A stretch of DNA of 64,000 nt from Saccharolobus islandicus REY15A (GCF_000189555.1 NC_017276.1), one strand, 5' to 3'. Counted from the stretch's first letter, positions 30,690-41,487 are shown. Program-made: numbers and translations. Notes: generated by a model from the sequence alone, not told the origin.

Positions 30690-31604
30690 TTATTCCACCT
30701 TTCTTTTCCTATATTTAACCATTTCTACTAATATTTTATCAATGTTCTCCAATTTTGAGGCTGGAGGATTTCCCTTCAACTCGCTATAAGCTCTAGCCAA
30801 ATTTCCAATTATCCTCTCCTTACTTATCCACTCCTCATATTTGCCTAAATTTACTTGATAGGCAGCTCTAATAGGATCATCAATATTCTTCATCAGTTTT
30901 CTAGCCTCATCTCTCACAAAGATTAAGTAATCTCTTGATTCATACAAGGTTTTTCTATCATAACTTACCTCACCGTGACCAGGTACATAAACCTCTGCGT
31001 TAAGATTAGCTAGGTTCTCTAACGTATTTATATATCCTTGAATGTAACCCATTAACGCAAATGGAGTACAAGGTGGAGAAAAGAGGAGGTCACCAGTAAA
31101 TACAACCTTTTTATTAGGAACATAGACGTAGATGTCACTAATCGTATGTGCGTAGCCAACATACGCTATTCTAACTTCATCATCATCAATAAATATTCTC
31201 ATCTCATCATCAATTACTACTTCTTGGGGAGTGTATTTATAGCCCGAAAAATCTATTGTACTAAATAACTTCTCGTAGGGATTACTCCCTCTCTTCATTC
31301 CCTCTACTACCTTCTCCCTACAATTCTTATGGCAAATGGTTATTGCGTTAGGGAATAAGTGATTAGTCCACAAATGGTCTTCATGTTCATGAGTATTTAT
31401 CAAATACTTTATTGGCTTATCCGTTACTTTCCTTATTTCAGAAATGAATTGTTTAGTCATTTTCTCATTCGTTAATGAATCCACTACTATAGCGTAATTT
31501 TTGCCAATTATTACCCCAGCATTGCTTAAGAACCAATCACCATTAGGTTGAATGAAAGCGTATACGTTATCACTTATCCTTTCGAACTTATATTGAACTT
31601 CCAT
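30690..31604 (-). CDS. MBL-fold hydrolase (cyclase-like)
   Basis: NTHEHEDH, AHT, GDL and PGHG motifs. Confidence 0.9.
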   Translation of the reverse strand: MEVQYKFERISDNVYAFIQPNGDWFLSNAGVIIGKNYAIVVDSLTNEKMTKQFISEIRKVTDKPIKYLINTHEHEDHLWTNHLFPNAITICHKNCREKVVEGMKRGSNPYEKLFSTIDFSGYKYTPQEVVIDDEMRIFIDDDEVRIAYVGYAHTISDIYVYVPNKKVVFTGDLLFSPPCTPFALMGYIQGYINTLENLANLNAEVYVPGHGEVSYDRKTLYESRDYLIFVRDEARKLMKNIDDPIRAAYQVNLGKYEEWISKERIIGNLARAYSELKGNPPASKLENIDKILVEMVKYRKRKVE

Positions 31605-31648
31605 AATAATATATATTACTTTTTTTCGATTAAATATTTTTAGAGAGC

Positions 31649-32602
31649 ATGAAACTACTAAGTTTCGTTAAGGATAATAGGGTAAGAAGTGGTGTTTTGG
31701 TTAACGATGAGCATGTGGCAGATCTGAATACCTCCTGTTATCTAATGCTAATGGAGAAAGGGGAAGATGAACAGTTTGTGGAGAGGTATTGCCAAGCTAT
31801 TGTCCCTCCAGATATGCTAAGTGTTCTTCAAGCTGGAGATAGGGGATTGGAAATGGTCAAGGAAATTTTGGAGTGGGCAAAGAAGAGAAATGAGGTTCTT
31901 TATAATATTAATCATGTTAAGTTAAAGGCCCCATTATTAAGGGCGAATATGTTAAGGGATTTCTTAGCATTTAAAGGTCACGTTGAGGCTACTTATAGGA
32001 GAAGAGGGCAGCCTATCCCTGAAGAATGGTTCAAGATACCTATTTATTACAAGGGAGATCCAGCAATATTTTATGGTCATTTAGAGGAAGTACCTTGGCC
32101 GAAGTACTCTAATCACGTTGATATAGAGTTAGAAATAGCAGCCATAATATATAAGAAAGGTAAGGATATTGATAAAAGAAAAGCAAAGGATTACATATTA
32201 GGTTTTGCAATTTTCAATGATTTTAGTGCGAGAGATATACAAATGGCTGAAATGAAAGGTTTGTTAGGTCCAGCTAAGGGTAAGGACTTCGCCAATGGAT
32301 TGGGGCCATGGATAGTTACCAAGGACGAGTTATCAGACATTAAGGGGTTAGGAGTTTACGCTAAAATCAATGATGAAATCTGGTGTGATACTAGGGCAGA
32401 GGACATGCAATGGACTTTTGAAGAAATGATAGAATATGTCTCACAAGACGAACACATTAGGCCTGGCGATGTTTTCGGTAGTGGCACTGTAAGTGGATGT
32501 ACTGGATTAGATATAGGTAAATCGTTAAAGCCAAATAGTAGTATAGAACTTTATGTGGAAAAAATAGGTATTCTGAAAAATGTTATAGTAAAAAATCAAT
32601 AG
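31649..32602 (+). CDS. Fumarylacetoacetate hydrolase family protein
   Basis: DIELE, NDFSARD, KGKDF and GSGT motifs. Confidence 0.9.
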   Translation: MKLLSFVKDNRVRSGVLVNDEHVADLNTSCYLMLMEKGEDEQFVERYCQAIVPPDMLSVLQAGDRGLEMVKEILEWAKKRNEVLYNINHVKLKAPLLRANMLRDFLAFKGHVEATYRRRGQPIPEEWFKIPIYYKGDPAIFYGHLEEVPWPKYSNHVDIELEIAAIIYKKGKDIDKRKAKDYILGFAIFNDFSARDIQMAEMKGLLGPAKGKDFANGLGPWIVTKDELSDIKGLGVYAKINDEIWCDTRAEDMQWTFEEMIEYVSQDEHIRPGDVFGSGTVSGCTGLDIGKSLKPNSSIELYVEKIGILKNVIVKNQ

Positions 32603-33525
32603 TTAAATATTTTTTTAATTGATGATGCAATATGATGTATTGCCTCCCTTCCCACATCTAAATATTCGTAAAAGCTCACGAAACCGTGAATCATGCCGTT
32701 ATATCTTAAGCTTATTGCCTTTACTCCACTCATCTTCAATTTATGAGCGTAAATTTCCCCTTGATCTCTTAAGGGATCATACTCAGCAGTTATTACCAAC
32801 GCTGGAGGAAGGTTATGTGGATTAGCGAACACAGGTGAGGCTAAAGGATTATAATAGTCATTATCATCCTTAACATACTGCTTATTGTACCATAAAATTC
32901 TCTCATAGGTTAGGAAATATCCATCACCGTAATTATATATTGAGGGGGAGGAATCTAACATGTTAACTACAGGGTATATTAAAACTTGATACTTCACAAT
33001 GTTATCCTTATTATCTCTATCAAGAATACTAACTGCTGCAGACAAATTGCCTCCTGCACTATCACCAGCAACTGCAATTTTTGACGTGTCTATTGATAAC
33101 TTTCCTCCATTATTAGCCAACCACTTAACAACGTCATAAGCTTCATAAACTTGTGTAGGGAATTTGTGTTCTGGAGCTAATCTATAATCCACTGAAACTA
33201 CTATCGTATTTGATAATTTCGAAATTAGCCTACATACACTATCATGAGTATCTAAGTTCCCATAAACGAAACCTCCTCCATGATAATACACTACAGCGGG
33301 TAGGTTTTCCTTTAGGCTTGGAAAATAGAGTCTAATTTTTATATCCCCATTACTCCCTGAAATAGTCATATTACGGATATCATTCAGTTCAACTTTCTCT
33401 TTATTAAACAAATTGACAAAAAGTTCATTTCTGACTTTTCTGAACTCTTGTGGTGTTAGAGGAGTTGTAGGTAATAACGAATTTATTTTAGTTAGGAGAT
33501 CTTTAACTTGAGGATCCAGTGGCAT
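32596..33525 (-). CDS. HSL-family carboxylesterase
   Basis: HGGG, GDSAG, YDPLRD and HGF motifs. Confidence 0.95.
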   Translation of the reverse strand: MPLDPQVKDLLTKINSLLPTTPLTPQEFRKVRNELFVNLFNKEKVELNDIRNMTISGSNGDIKIRLYFPSLKENLPAVVYYHGGGFVYGNLDTHDSVCRLISKLSNTIVVSVDYRLAPEHKFPTQVYEAYDVVKWLANNGGKLSIDTSKIAVAGDSAGGNLSAAVSILDRDNKDNIVKYQVLIYPVVNMLDSSPSIYNYGDGYFLTYERILWYNKQYVKDDNDYYNPLASPVFANPHNLPPALVITAEYDPLRDQGEIYAHKLKMSGVKAISLRYNGMIHGFVSFYEYLDVGREAIHHIASSIKKIFNY

Positions 33526-33558
33526 GTTATAATAAATATGTTGAATTAAAATAAATAT

Positions 33559-34503
33559 TTAGCTGAAGAATTTTTTCGGATTCTCCTTGAATATTATATC
33601 TATAACCTCCTCACTCATTCCATTTTTCTTTAAGAACGGTATGGTATCCTCAAATATTAGTGCCATACTCCATCTTGGAGCGAGTTTAGGTTTAAGCTCT
33701 GGTCTAGCAGTCCCCCAGTCAATTGTGCAACAATAGTCATGTGAAATCATTATCCTATCAGAGTAACCATCCTTGATTAGTTTCAATGTTGTTTCATTTC
33801 TCTTATCAACTGGTAAGAACAAATCTAAACCATATCTATCTAATCCGATAAAGGATCCCTTATCTGCTATCTTCTTTATATAATCCGTATTATCAGTGTC
33901 CCCCAAATGTCCTATTAATATCTTTCCTGGATCAACACCTTCTTCCATTAATATTCTCTGTTCTTCTAATCCAGTGTTATTGTGAGCATTAGAATGCGTA
34001 ATTATAGGTACTTTAGCCTCCTTATGGGTTATAGCTGCTGCTCTTATTACCTTCTCTACATCTTTAGTAATGCCTGGCTCGTCTGCAGCTATCTTTACGA
34101 AGCCAGCCTTATTGGAAGTAGCCTGTATTCCCTCTTTTATATCGTGAATAAATAGGTCAGCTATCTCATCAATTGACCTATTTAAGAAATAGAAAGGTAA
34201 GTCAACGTATATGTAAATCCCCGTCCCTGCTACCAAATTTATCCCGGTGGCCTTAACTACCTTTTCCATAAATCTAATGTCCCTTCCCAATCCCATTACT
34301 GTAGGATCCACTATAGTCTTTACTCCAAATTGCATAGCCCTTTTAACCTCATTTACAGCGTTTCTTAACTCCTCATCTTCATTGTACAAATGAGGCCATT
34401 GATATCTGACTGCTTCACTAAAAACTCTTAAATGTTCATGAATCAGCGTAAATCCCATATCCTCAGCTTCTATTGGCTCTTTCCCAACTAATGGTATTCT
34501 CAT
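33559..34503 (-). CDS. Phosphotriesterase-like lactonase (SsoPox/SisLac ortholog)
   Basis: HEH, FVKIAAD, THS, GH, SHD and IDW motifs; closely matches SisLac as recalled. Confidence 0.95.
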   Translation of the reverse strand: MRIPLVGKEPIEAEDMGFTLIHEHLRVFSEAVRYQWPHLYNEDEELRNAVNEVKRAMQFGVKTIVDPTVMGLGRDIRFMEKVVKATGINLVAGTGIYIYVDLPFYFLNRSIDEIADLFIHDIKEGIQATSNKAGFVKIAADEPGITKDVEKVIRAAAITHKEAKVPIITHSNAHNNTGLEEQRILMEEGVDPGKILIGHLGDTDNTDYIKKIADKGSFIGLDRYGLDLFLPVDKRNETTLKLIKDGYSDRIMISHDYCCTIDWGTARPELKPKLAPRWSMALIFEDTIPFLKKNGMSEEVIDIIFKENPKKFFS

Positions 34504-34582
34504 ATAATAGTTTATTTTTATCCATAATAGATAAGCTTTTCTGTGAATAAAGGTTTATTAGTGTATATATCTAAATTTTTCT

Positions 34583-36265
34583 GTGAACCAAAGTATATTA
34601 TCTGATAGACCATGGTTTAAATATTGGCCACCTAAATTACCTAAGTCATTAGACTACCCAGAAGTTCCCCTATTCAATATTGTTGAGGTCTCCTCACAGA
34701 GGTATCCTAATAAGACTGCTATAATATATTATGGTAATAGGATAACGTATAGGGAATTATGGGAAATTATACTTAGATTTTCAGCATTTCTACATAATGA
34801 ACTTAAAGTGAGAAAAGGGGATCGAATAGCAGTATTTATGCCAAACTCAATACAATGGGTTATAGCGTATTTTGGAATTCTAAGAGCTAACGCGATATTG
34901 ATTCCAATAAACCCATTATTGGCAGAAGATGAGCTTAACTACATACTTAGGGACTCTGGTTCAGTTGGAGTAATAACTTTGTCCTCATATCTTAACAAGG
35001 TACTTAAAGCTAAAGAGAATACTCACGTTAAATGGGTTATAGCAGGTAAGTTTAAGGACTATCTTCCAGAGAAACCAGAAATAAAGGTCCATCCATTGAT
35101 GCAGAAAGAGCCAGAGTTAAGCGATGACGTGATTCCTTGGAAGGAAACTTTAAGAAACAATTATACTCCCCCATCAGTTGAGGTAAGGGCTGAAGATATT
35201 GCCGTAATTCCCTATACTTCGGGCACAACTGGAGTTCCAAAGGGTTGTATTCATACGCATTCAACCATATGGCCTACGATCTTGGGTTCAGTTATCTGGA
35301 ATACGTTAGCGCCTTCTGCAGTAACCTTATCGTCGTTACCAGTATTTCACGTAACTGGTTTCGTTCATAGCTTAAACGCTCCATTATATGTTGGGAGTAC
35401 GATGGTTTTACTGACTATTTGGGATAGGGAGGCAGCCCTAGATGCGATAGAGAAGTATAAGGTCACCCATTGGACTAACATATCCACCATGGTTGTAGAT
35501 TTGTTAGCTACACCAGGCGTAGAAAAGAGGAATTTGAGCTCGCTAATGCTGGTAGGTGGAGGAGGTGCTCCCATGCCTGAGGCTGTTGCTAGAAAGTTAA
35601 AGGAGTTAACTGGGTTAGATTATATTGAGGGTTACGGATTAACTGAAACCATGTCTCAAACCCATGTTAATCCTCCACAGAGACCTAAGTTACAGTGTTT
35701 AGGGATTCCACATTTTGGAGTTGACGCTTTAATAATCGATCCATCCACTGGTGAAGTGCTTCCACCTAATAGGGAAGGGGAAATAATAGTTAGGTGCCCT
35801 AGTTTATTTAAGGGTTATTGGAATAATGAGGAAGAAACTAGGAAGTCATTCATAACTATTAATGGTTTAGAATATTTCAGAACTGGAGATCTTGGATATA
35901 TGGATGAGGAAGGGTATTTCTTTATCCTCGATAGAATAAAGAGAATGATAAATAGAGCGGGATATAAGGTATGGCCAACTAAGGTAGAAAACAAACTATA
36001 TCAGCATCCGGCAGTTTTAGAAGCGTGCGTAGTTGCTACACCAGATCCGAGAACTAATGAGGAAGTTAAGGCGTATATAGTATTAAAACCAGAATATAAG
36101 GGGAAGATAGGTGCAGAAGAAATAAGGGAATGGTGTAAACAACACATGAGCGCTTATGAATATCCCAGGGTTATAGAATTTGTAGATTCATTACCAAAGA
36201 GTGGATCAGGTAAAATATTGTGGAGGATACTTCAAGAGAAAGAGAAAGGAATCAGTAACAAATAA
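34583..36265 (+). CDS. Long-chain fatty-acid-CoA ligase
   Basis: YTSGTTGVPKG, GYGLTET, TGD and DRIKRMI motifs. Confidence 0.95.
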   Translation: MNQSILSDRPWFKYWPPKLPKSLDYPEVPLFNIVEVSSQRYPNKTAIIYYGNRITYRELWEIILRFSAFLHNELKVRKGDRIAVFMPNSIQWVIAYFGILRANAILIPINPLLAEDELNYILRDSGSVGVITLSSYLNKVLKAKENTHVKWVIAGKFKDYLPEKPEIKVHPLMQKEPELSDDVIPWKETLRNNYTPPSVEVRAEDIAVIPYTSGTTGVPKGCIHTHSTIWPTILGSVIWNTLAPSAVTLSSLPVFHVTGFVHSLNAPLYVGSTMVLLTIWDREAALDAIEKYKVTHWTNISTMVVDLLATPGVEKRNLSSLMLVGGGGAPMPEAVARKLKELTGLDYIEGYGLTETMSQTHVNPPQRPKLQCLGIPHFGVDALIIDPSTGEVLPPNREGEIIVRCPSLFKGYWNNEEETRKSFITINGLEYFRTGDLGYMDEEGYFFILDRIKRMINRAGYKVWPTKVENKLYQHPAVLEACVVATPDPRTNEEVKAYIVLKPEYKGKIGAEEIREWCKQHMSAYEYPRVIEFVDSLPKSGSGKILWRILQEKEKGISNK

Positions 36266-36320
36266 GCTAATGAGAAGTTATAGATTTTTTACTAATACGA
36301 AGAATATTAATTACAATAGA

Positions 36321-36764
36321 TCATGATAATTTTGAAGAAATACAGTTTATTATATGGCTTATATTGGGCTCGGCTATTCTTCTAATGTTGTCCTCCCCTA
36401 AAAGTTTAGATAACATTCCAAGATCTACCCTGGCAAACCAACTCACTCTAGTAATTTCCTCACCTTCCTCTAATCCCATGACGATATTAAACTTTATTCC
36501 AACCCCAGCAGATCTACCGTTACCGTTTATCTCTACACTAGTCTCTTTTTCAAGGATATTTGCAGTTATTAAGGCAGTTAATGTGCTCATATGGGGTATT
36601 TTCATTTGCGATACATCTAGCTTGAAATTCGCTTTAAATGCATTATTCATTACCTCATAGCTCTGTAATCCAGGGAGGCATTCTGCAAACTGCTTAGGAT
36701 TAGTTAAGAATTCCTTAGCTGCGTTTATCTTTTTCTTTACCTCAAAAATTCCCTTAAAATCCAT
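36321..36764 (-). CDS. CoxG/SRPBCC-family protein downstream of glpA
   Basis: FLTNP...CLPGL SRPBCC N-terminus; coupled to the glycerol-3-phosphate dehydrogenase gene. Confidence 0.8.
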   Translation of the reverse strand: MDFKGIFEVKKKINAAKEFLTNPKQFAECLPGLQSYEVMNNAFKANFKLDVSQMKIPHMSTLTALITANILEKETSVEINGNGRSAGVGIKFNIVMGLEEGEEITRVSWFARVDLGMLSKLLGEDNIRRIAEPNISHIINCISSKLS

Positions 36765-36767
36765 TTC

Positions 36768-38066
36768 CTATATCCTCCCCCTAGAAATTAGTGATAAAAG
36801 AATATATAGTGAACTTAAATACCTTTCCTCATCTAAGGATCCTTTCCTATCTAAAATACTCTTCACCACCACTTTAGGTATCCCAATCCTTTCAGCGTAA
36901 TCCAACAGATTAATATCTAGAGGGCTAATCAGCTTAGTCATTGCAGTTTTACTCACACTCTTTATGCCTAGCTTAGAAGAGACTAAATCAGCTACTCTTT
37001 CTCCAACTAGTCTACCAGTTGTAAACTTACCGCCAATTACGGATACTAATCCTCTTAACCCATTTTCTTTTTCGTGATCAATTAATCTAAAATCCCTAGT
37101 AGCCTCTCTTGCAGAGACATCACTTCTAATTAAAGGTCTTATGGAGGCATAAGATCTAACTACCTTCATTTCCTTTAATTTTGGTATTAGGTAAGCTCCC
37201 TCACTTACTAACATATTAATATCTTCATCTGAGATGGTGAAGTTATCTGGATCCTCAATAATTGTAGCTGTAGTTCCTAGAATTGACGAATCAGCGTATG
37301 GTACAATTATGTCTCCATCAGAGGGCGGTCTCAATCTATTAATAACCATGTTGTTAACCCTTTGGGCAAAGACTGTCATAATTCCCGCAGTTGGCATTAT
37401 TGGTATTTCCTCTAAACCAGCCATCCTTATAATTTTGAAGGACCAGGGTCCTGCTGTATTAACTATAAAGTCAGATTTTATCACGTTAGTAGTATTGTTT
37501 ATTTTGTCGAAAACCTTAACTCCCTTAACACTATCTTTATCCCTTATAAACTCTACTACCTCATTATACGTTAAAATCTTAGCTCCGTTTAACGACGCTG
37601 TAACTGCAACGCTAGCCATTAGATCGTAACCATAAACTACTTTGTCGGGAACCCAAATCGCCAGCTTTGTATCCCTATTAATAAAGGGTTCACTCTGTAA
37701 CAACTCATTAACGTCCACGACTTTATGTTCGATTCCAACTTCTTTTAACGCTTTCATGAAAGTTTCAGAGAATTGTAGGTCATCGTTAGTAATGCCAAGA
37801 AATACTCCACCAGTATCTTTCACTGCATGAGGAGCAATTTTCGATATTATCTTATTCTCTTGAATACACTCCTTAGCGGATTCTGGATCAGATACCGCAT
37901 ATCTAGCCCCACTATGAAGAAGCCCGTGAAATTTTCCGGAAGTTCCAGAACCTATATCGCTTCTTTCTACCAGTATTATGTCAATTCCTCTTAACGCTAA
38001 ATCTAAGGCAGTAAATAAACCGCTGATTCCTCCTCCAATTACTGTTACTGTAGATTTAATCTCCAT
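36768..38066 (-). CDS. glpA: FAD-dependent glycerol-3-phosphate dehydrogenase (GlpA-like)
   Basis: IGGGISG, GTSGKFHGLLHSGARY and GGKFTTGR motifs. Confidence 0.9.
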   Translation of the reverse strand: MEIKSTVTVIGGGISGLFTALDLALRGIDIILVERSDIGSGTSGKFHGLLHSGARYAVSDPESAKECIQENKIISKIAPHAVKDTGGVFLGITNDDLQFSETFMKALKEVGIEHKVVDVNELLQSEPFINRDTKLAIWVPDKVVYGYDLMASVAVTASLNGAKILTYNEVVEFIRDKDSVKGVKVFDKINNTTNVIKSDFIVNTAGPWSFKIIRMAGLEEIPIMPTAGIMTVFAQRVNNMVINRLRPPSDGDIIVPYADSSILGTTATIIEDPDNFTISDEDINMLVSEGAYLIPKLKEMKVVRSYASIRPLIRSDVSAREATRDFRLIDHEKENGLRGLVSVIGGKFTTGRLVGERVADLVSSKLGIKSVSKTAMTKLISPLDINLLDYAERIGIPKVVVKSILDRKGSLDEERYLSSLYILLSLISRGRI

Positions 38067-38248
38067 AGTAATGTGTTACGAACCTAGCATTAAAAATGTT
38101 GATATTGGTAACTCGCTTATAGATATATCACTTGTAAATTTTGTTTTTTAAAATGTATCTAGTAATCAATATTACTTAGATATAAATCCAAATATCTTCC
38201 CAAAATGATCTAAAAGAGTTAAATATTAGTTAAACAAATAATTTTATT

Positions 38249-38471
38249 GCGCCTAATAGCTTCATCTTGGCAATAGATGAGGGAACAACAAGTGCTAGGG
38301 CAATAATCTACAATCAAGATTTAGAAATAGTAGGAATAGGTCAACATGAGTTCCCTCAGCATTATCCACAACCAGGGTATGTTGAACATAACCCCCATGA
38401 GATATGGAATTCACAAATGCTGGCCATAAAGGAGGCGATGGAAAAGGCAAAGATTGAGGGCAAGCAGATTA
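38249..38471 (+). pseudogene. glpK: Glycerol kinase, N-terminal ~74 codons only
   Basis: [15 protein letters not shown] and [10 protein letters not shown]; cut by an IS630 element at TA (38470-38471). Confidence 0.9.
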
Positions 38472-39167
38472 CCGTAGTATTTCCGAAAAGTTTATAGCCT
38501 AGTATTACCAAATTGAATTATGGAAGATTTAGTTAAAGCTTACGAGGAAGAGAAGGACGCGAGGATTAAGGAGAGGATTCTTGCGGTGAAGCTGCATGTG
38601 GTTGACGGTAAATCGGAGAAAGAAGTTTCGAAAATGCTGAACAAGGGTTATTCCACAAATAAAATTGTGGGTTGGCAAGTACAAGAAAGAAGGTCTTGAC
38701 GGACTAAGAGATAAACCTAGATCAGGAAGACCGAGAAAAGCTGAGGAAGAAAAAATAAAACAAATACTAGAAGACCAGCCTCAAAAATACGGAATACAAG
38801 AAGAGTACTGGACAATGAGAACACTAAAAATAAAACAACAAGGAATAGAGTACAAGAAATCCAGGCTATACGAGATAGTTCACGAACTAGGATACAATCT
38901 AGTAAAACCTAGGCCTACTAACGTTCAAGCAAGAAAGGACATGTGGGAAGGCTTTAAAAAAATAAAGAAGTTGGAAGAAGAGGCTCTCTTCTTTCTAGAC
39001 GAGAGTAGGGCAGTAATTAGCACGTCGATCCGGAAGGTTTTAAGATTGGTAGTAAGCCCGTAATGCACGTCAATATAGGTTTTTCTTCGATCTATGTCAT
39101 TCTTGCTGTAAACGCTTGGACTGGTGAAGTAGTTGTTTCTCTTGTTAGGAGGCCTAATTCTGAGTCT
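38472..39167 (+). mobile_element. IS630-family remnant (ISC1048/ISC1078-like), frameshifted and truncated
   Basis: MEDLVKAYEEEKDARIKER..., RDKPRSGRP HTH and FFLDES; starts after TA. The right boundary is approximate. Confidence 0.8.
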
Positions 39168-39219
39168 GTGCAATTATCTCATTATTTTATAAATAAAAGT
39201 GTTTCTACGTGAAAAAGGT

Positions 39220-40092
39220 TTACTTGGAGAGATATTTCCAAGATAGTACTATACCGATTGTAGATAATATTAATGCGAATAATCCTAGATAAAGGAAGTC
39301 TAGGCCAAGATTAGTGCTTATTCCTAGCAATAATCCTCTTGCAACACCATTGGAATACGTTAATGGATTAATGTATGCTACTGGCTTTAACCAGTACGGC
39401 ATTGATTTCACTGGATAGAATGCGTTGCTGGTAAAGAGTAATGGTAGGTTTAATAAATTCATTATTGCCATTTGGGACTCCCAACTTGTGGCTCTCAGTG
39501 CCAGCATTAGGAATAGTGAAGATAATCCGAAAGCCATGAGAAACAATGCAGCGTAAACTACTAGGAAGTCAAGAGGGTTAATTCCAGGATAGAAGGTCAT
39601 TCCTAACAATATAGCTACTACAAGGACAATCGTAGCTTGCACTAGTGACCTTATTACAGCAGATAACACTTTACCTATTATTATATTCCCTCTGGCTACA
39701 GGAGTAGTTAGAATTCTATCTAGTACTCCCAATCTTCTGTCCCAAACTATAGACATACCGCTCTGCATCGATGTGAATAGCACTATGAAGGATAGCATTC
39801 CAGCCGCTAGGAAGGAGAAGTAATCACTAGTCCCGAAGGTCTGTTTAAGTATTTCTAAACCTATTTGATCTAACACTTGCTTTGGTATTGTTAGGCCAGG
39901 GATGTTATAGGAGGTCCCAGTAAAGATGCTACCTAGATTCATCGCTTTACCGAATATTCCTATCCAGAATATTGGCTGTATTAATGAAAGGAGAAGTATC
40001 ACTGGAGCCTTATACCACTTCTTCAATTCTCTAGATGCTAAAGTCCACAAACCGTGGAAAACGGAATAGTTATTTCTTTCCTCCTCTATCAT
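39220..40092 (-). CDS. ABC-2 type exporter permease (DrrB-like)
   Basis: Hydrophobic protein with DRRLG...TTPV and NPLTY motifs. Confidence 0.9.
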   Translation of the reverse strand: MIEEERNNYSVFHGLWTLASRELKKWYKAPVILLLSLIQPIFWIGIFGKAMNLGSIFTGTSYNIPGLTIPKQVLDQIGLEILKQTFGTSDYFSFLAAGMLSFIVLFTSMQSGMSIVWDRRLGVLDRILTTPVARGNIIIGKVLSAVIRSLVQATIVLVVAILLGMTFYPGINPLDFLVVYAALFLMAFGLSSLFLMLALRATSWESQMAIMNLLNLPLLFTSNAFYPVKSMPYWLKPVAYINPLTYSNGVARGLLLGISTNLGLDFLYLGLFALILSTIGIVLSWKYLSK

Positions 40093-41087
40093 GTTCTCGC
40101 CCTCCTCACAGTTCTTCTAAATGCGAACATTTCTTGTGCACTAGCCTCTTCATCTCTCAGCCTCTTTCCAGTGACCTCCATATATACCTCATCCATTGTT
40201 GGCTCAGTAATTGACATTCTACTAACCTTAATACCATTCTTAACTAAAGACTCTAGGATCTCTGGAGCTTTCTCCTCACCATTCCTAACCTTAATTCTAA
40301 TACCATCATTTGCTTTCTTTACATCTAAGATTCCATCTATTGACGAAACTACCTTCATTGCCAAATCGTCATTATTGGTCTGAAGTGAAACTAAATCCCC
40401 ACCAATCTTCTCCTTTAACTCCTTGGGGCTTCCTATTGCTAAAATCTTTCCCTTATCAATAATTGCAATTCTATCCCCGTACATGTCAGCCTCCTCTAAA
40501 TAGTGCGTGGTAACAAATATTGTCATCTTATATTCCTCCTTTAGCTTCATTATGTATTGCCATATTGCAGCCCTAGTTTGCGCGTCTAAACCTAACGTTG
40601 GCTCATCTAAGAACAGTATTCTAGGTCTACTTATTAGTGACATAGCAATTTCCAATCTCCTCCTCATACCTCCAGAATACGTTTCAACTTTTCTCTTAGC
40701 AGCATAAGTTAACTCAACCATTTCAAGTAACTCCTTAGATCTCTCCTCTGCTACTTTCTTTGGTATTCCGTAAAGTCCTGCCATCATCATCATGTTTTCC
40801 CAACCAGTCAAATCCTCATCCGCAGTGTATTCTTGTGGTACTACGCCTATTGATTGTCTAACATATGCGGGTTGTTTTATTACATCATATCCATTAACAA
40901 TTGCAGTTCCTTCAGACGGTGTTAATACAGTAGTTAACATTTTTATTGTGGTTGACTTCCCAGCACCATTAGGACCTAGAAAGCCAAATATTTCACCCTC
41001 ATATACTTCAAAATTAATGTGATCAACCGCAACGAACTTTCCAAATCTCTTAGTCAGATTTATAGCTTTTATCGCGACGTTACGCAC
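40089..41087 (-). CDS. ABC exporter ATP-binding protein (DrrA-like)
   Basis: GPNGAGKST, YSGGMRRR and LDEPT motifs. Confidence 0.95.
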   Translation of the reverse strand: MRNVAIKAINLTKRFGKFVAVDHINFEVYEGEIFGFLGPNGAGKSTTIKMLTTVLTPSEGTAIVNGYDVIKQPAYVRQSIGVVPQEYTADEDLTGWENMMMMAGLYGIPKKVAEERSKELLEMVELTYAAKRKVETYSGGMRRRLEIAMSLISRPRILFLDEPTLGLDAQTRAAIWQYIMKLKEEYKMTIFVTTHYLEEADMYGDRIAIIDKGKILAIGSPKELKEKIGGDLVSLQTNNDDLAMKVVSSIDGILDVKKANDGIRIKVRNGEEKAPEILESLVKNGIKVSRMSITEPTMDEVYMEVTGKRLRDEEASAQEMFAFRRTVRRART

Positions 41088-41487
41088 CTTTAACGGCCTC
41101 CTCTATTTCCTTTACCGCGTTCAAGATCCTCTCTTTATATTCAAAGAGTTTATTCTTTTCGACTTCCTTAAAGAATTGCGCTAGTCCTTCTAGTTCTTGT
41201 ATAGAATCTTCAATGCTATTTATCTGCTTAATGGGTAAGATCTCCTTAATCTCCTCTATTCCTTTAGCAGTGATCTTGTATTTACCATCAGAAGTTCTCT
41301 CTATTGTTCCTTCTTCTACCATTTTATTAAGAAGTGGATATATTGAACCAGGAGAAGGTTTCCAAAAGCCCCAGCTCATTTTGTTAATATCATCGATAAT
41401 GTCAATGCCTCTTTTTGGAGATTGCCATAGTAGCCAAAGGGTCATTAATCTTAATCTTCCTTTTTGTCTTACTATTAACTCACTCAT
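41080..41487 (-). CDS. PadR-family transcriptional regulator
   Basis: SPGSIYPLL...YKITAKG winged helix; likely start MSELIVRQKG. Confidence 0.9.
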   Translation of the reverse strand: MSELIVRQKGRLRLMTLWLLWQSPKRGIDIIDDINKMSWGFWKPSPGSIYPLLNKMVEEGTIERTSDGKYKITAKGIEEIKEILPIKQINSIEDSIQELEGLAQFFKEVEKNKLFEYKERILNAVKEIEEAVKGA

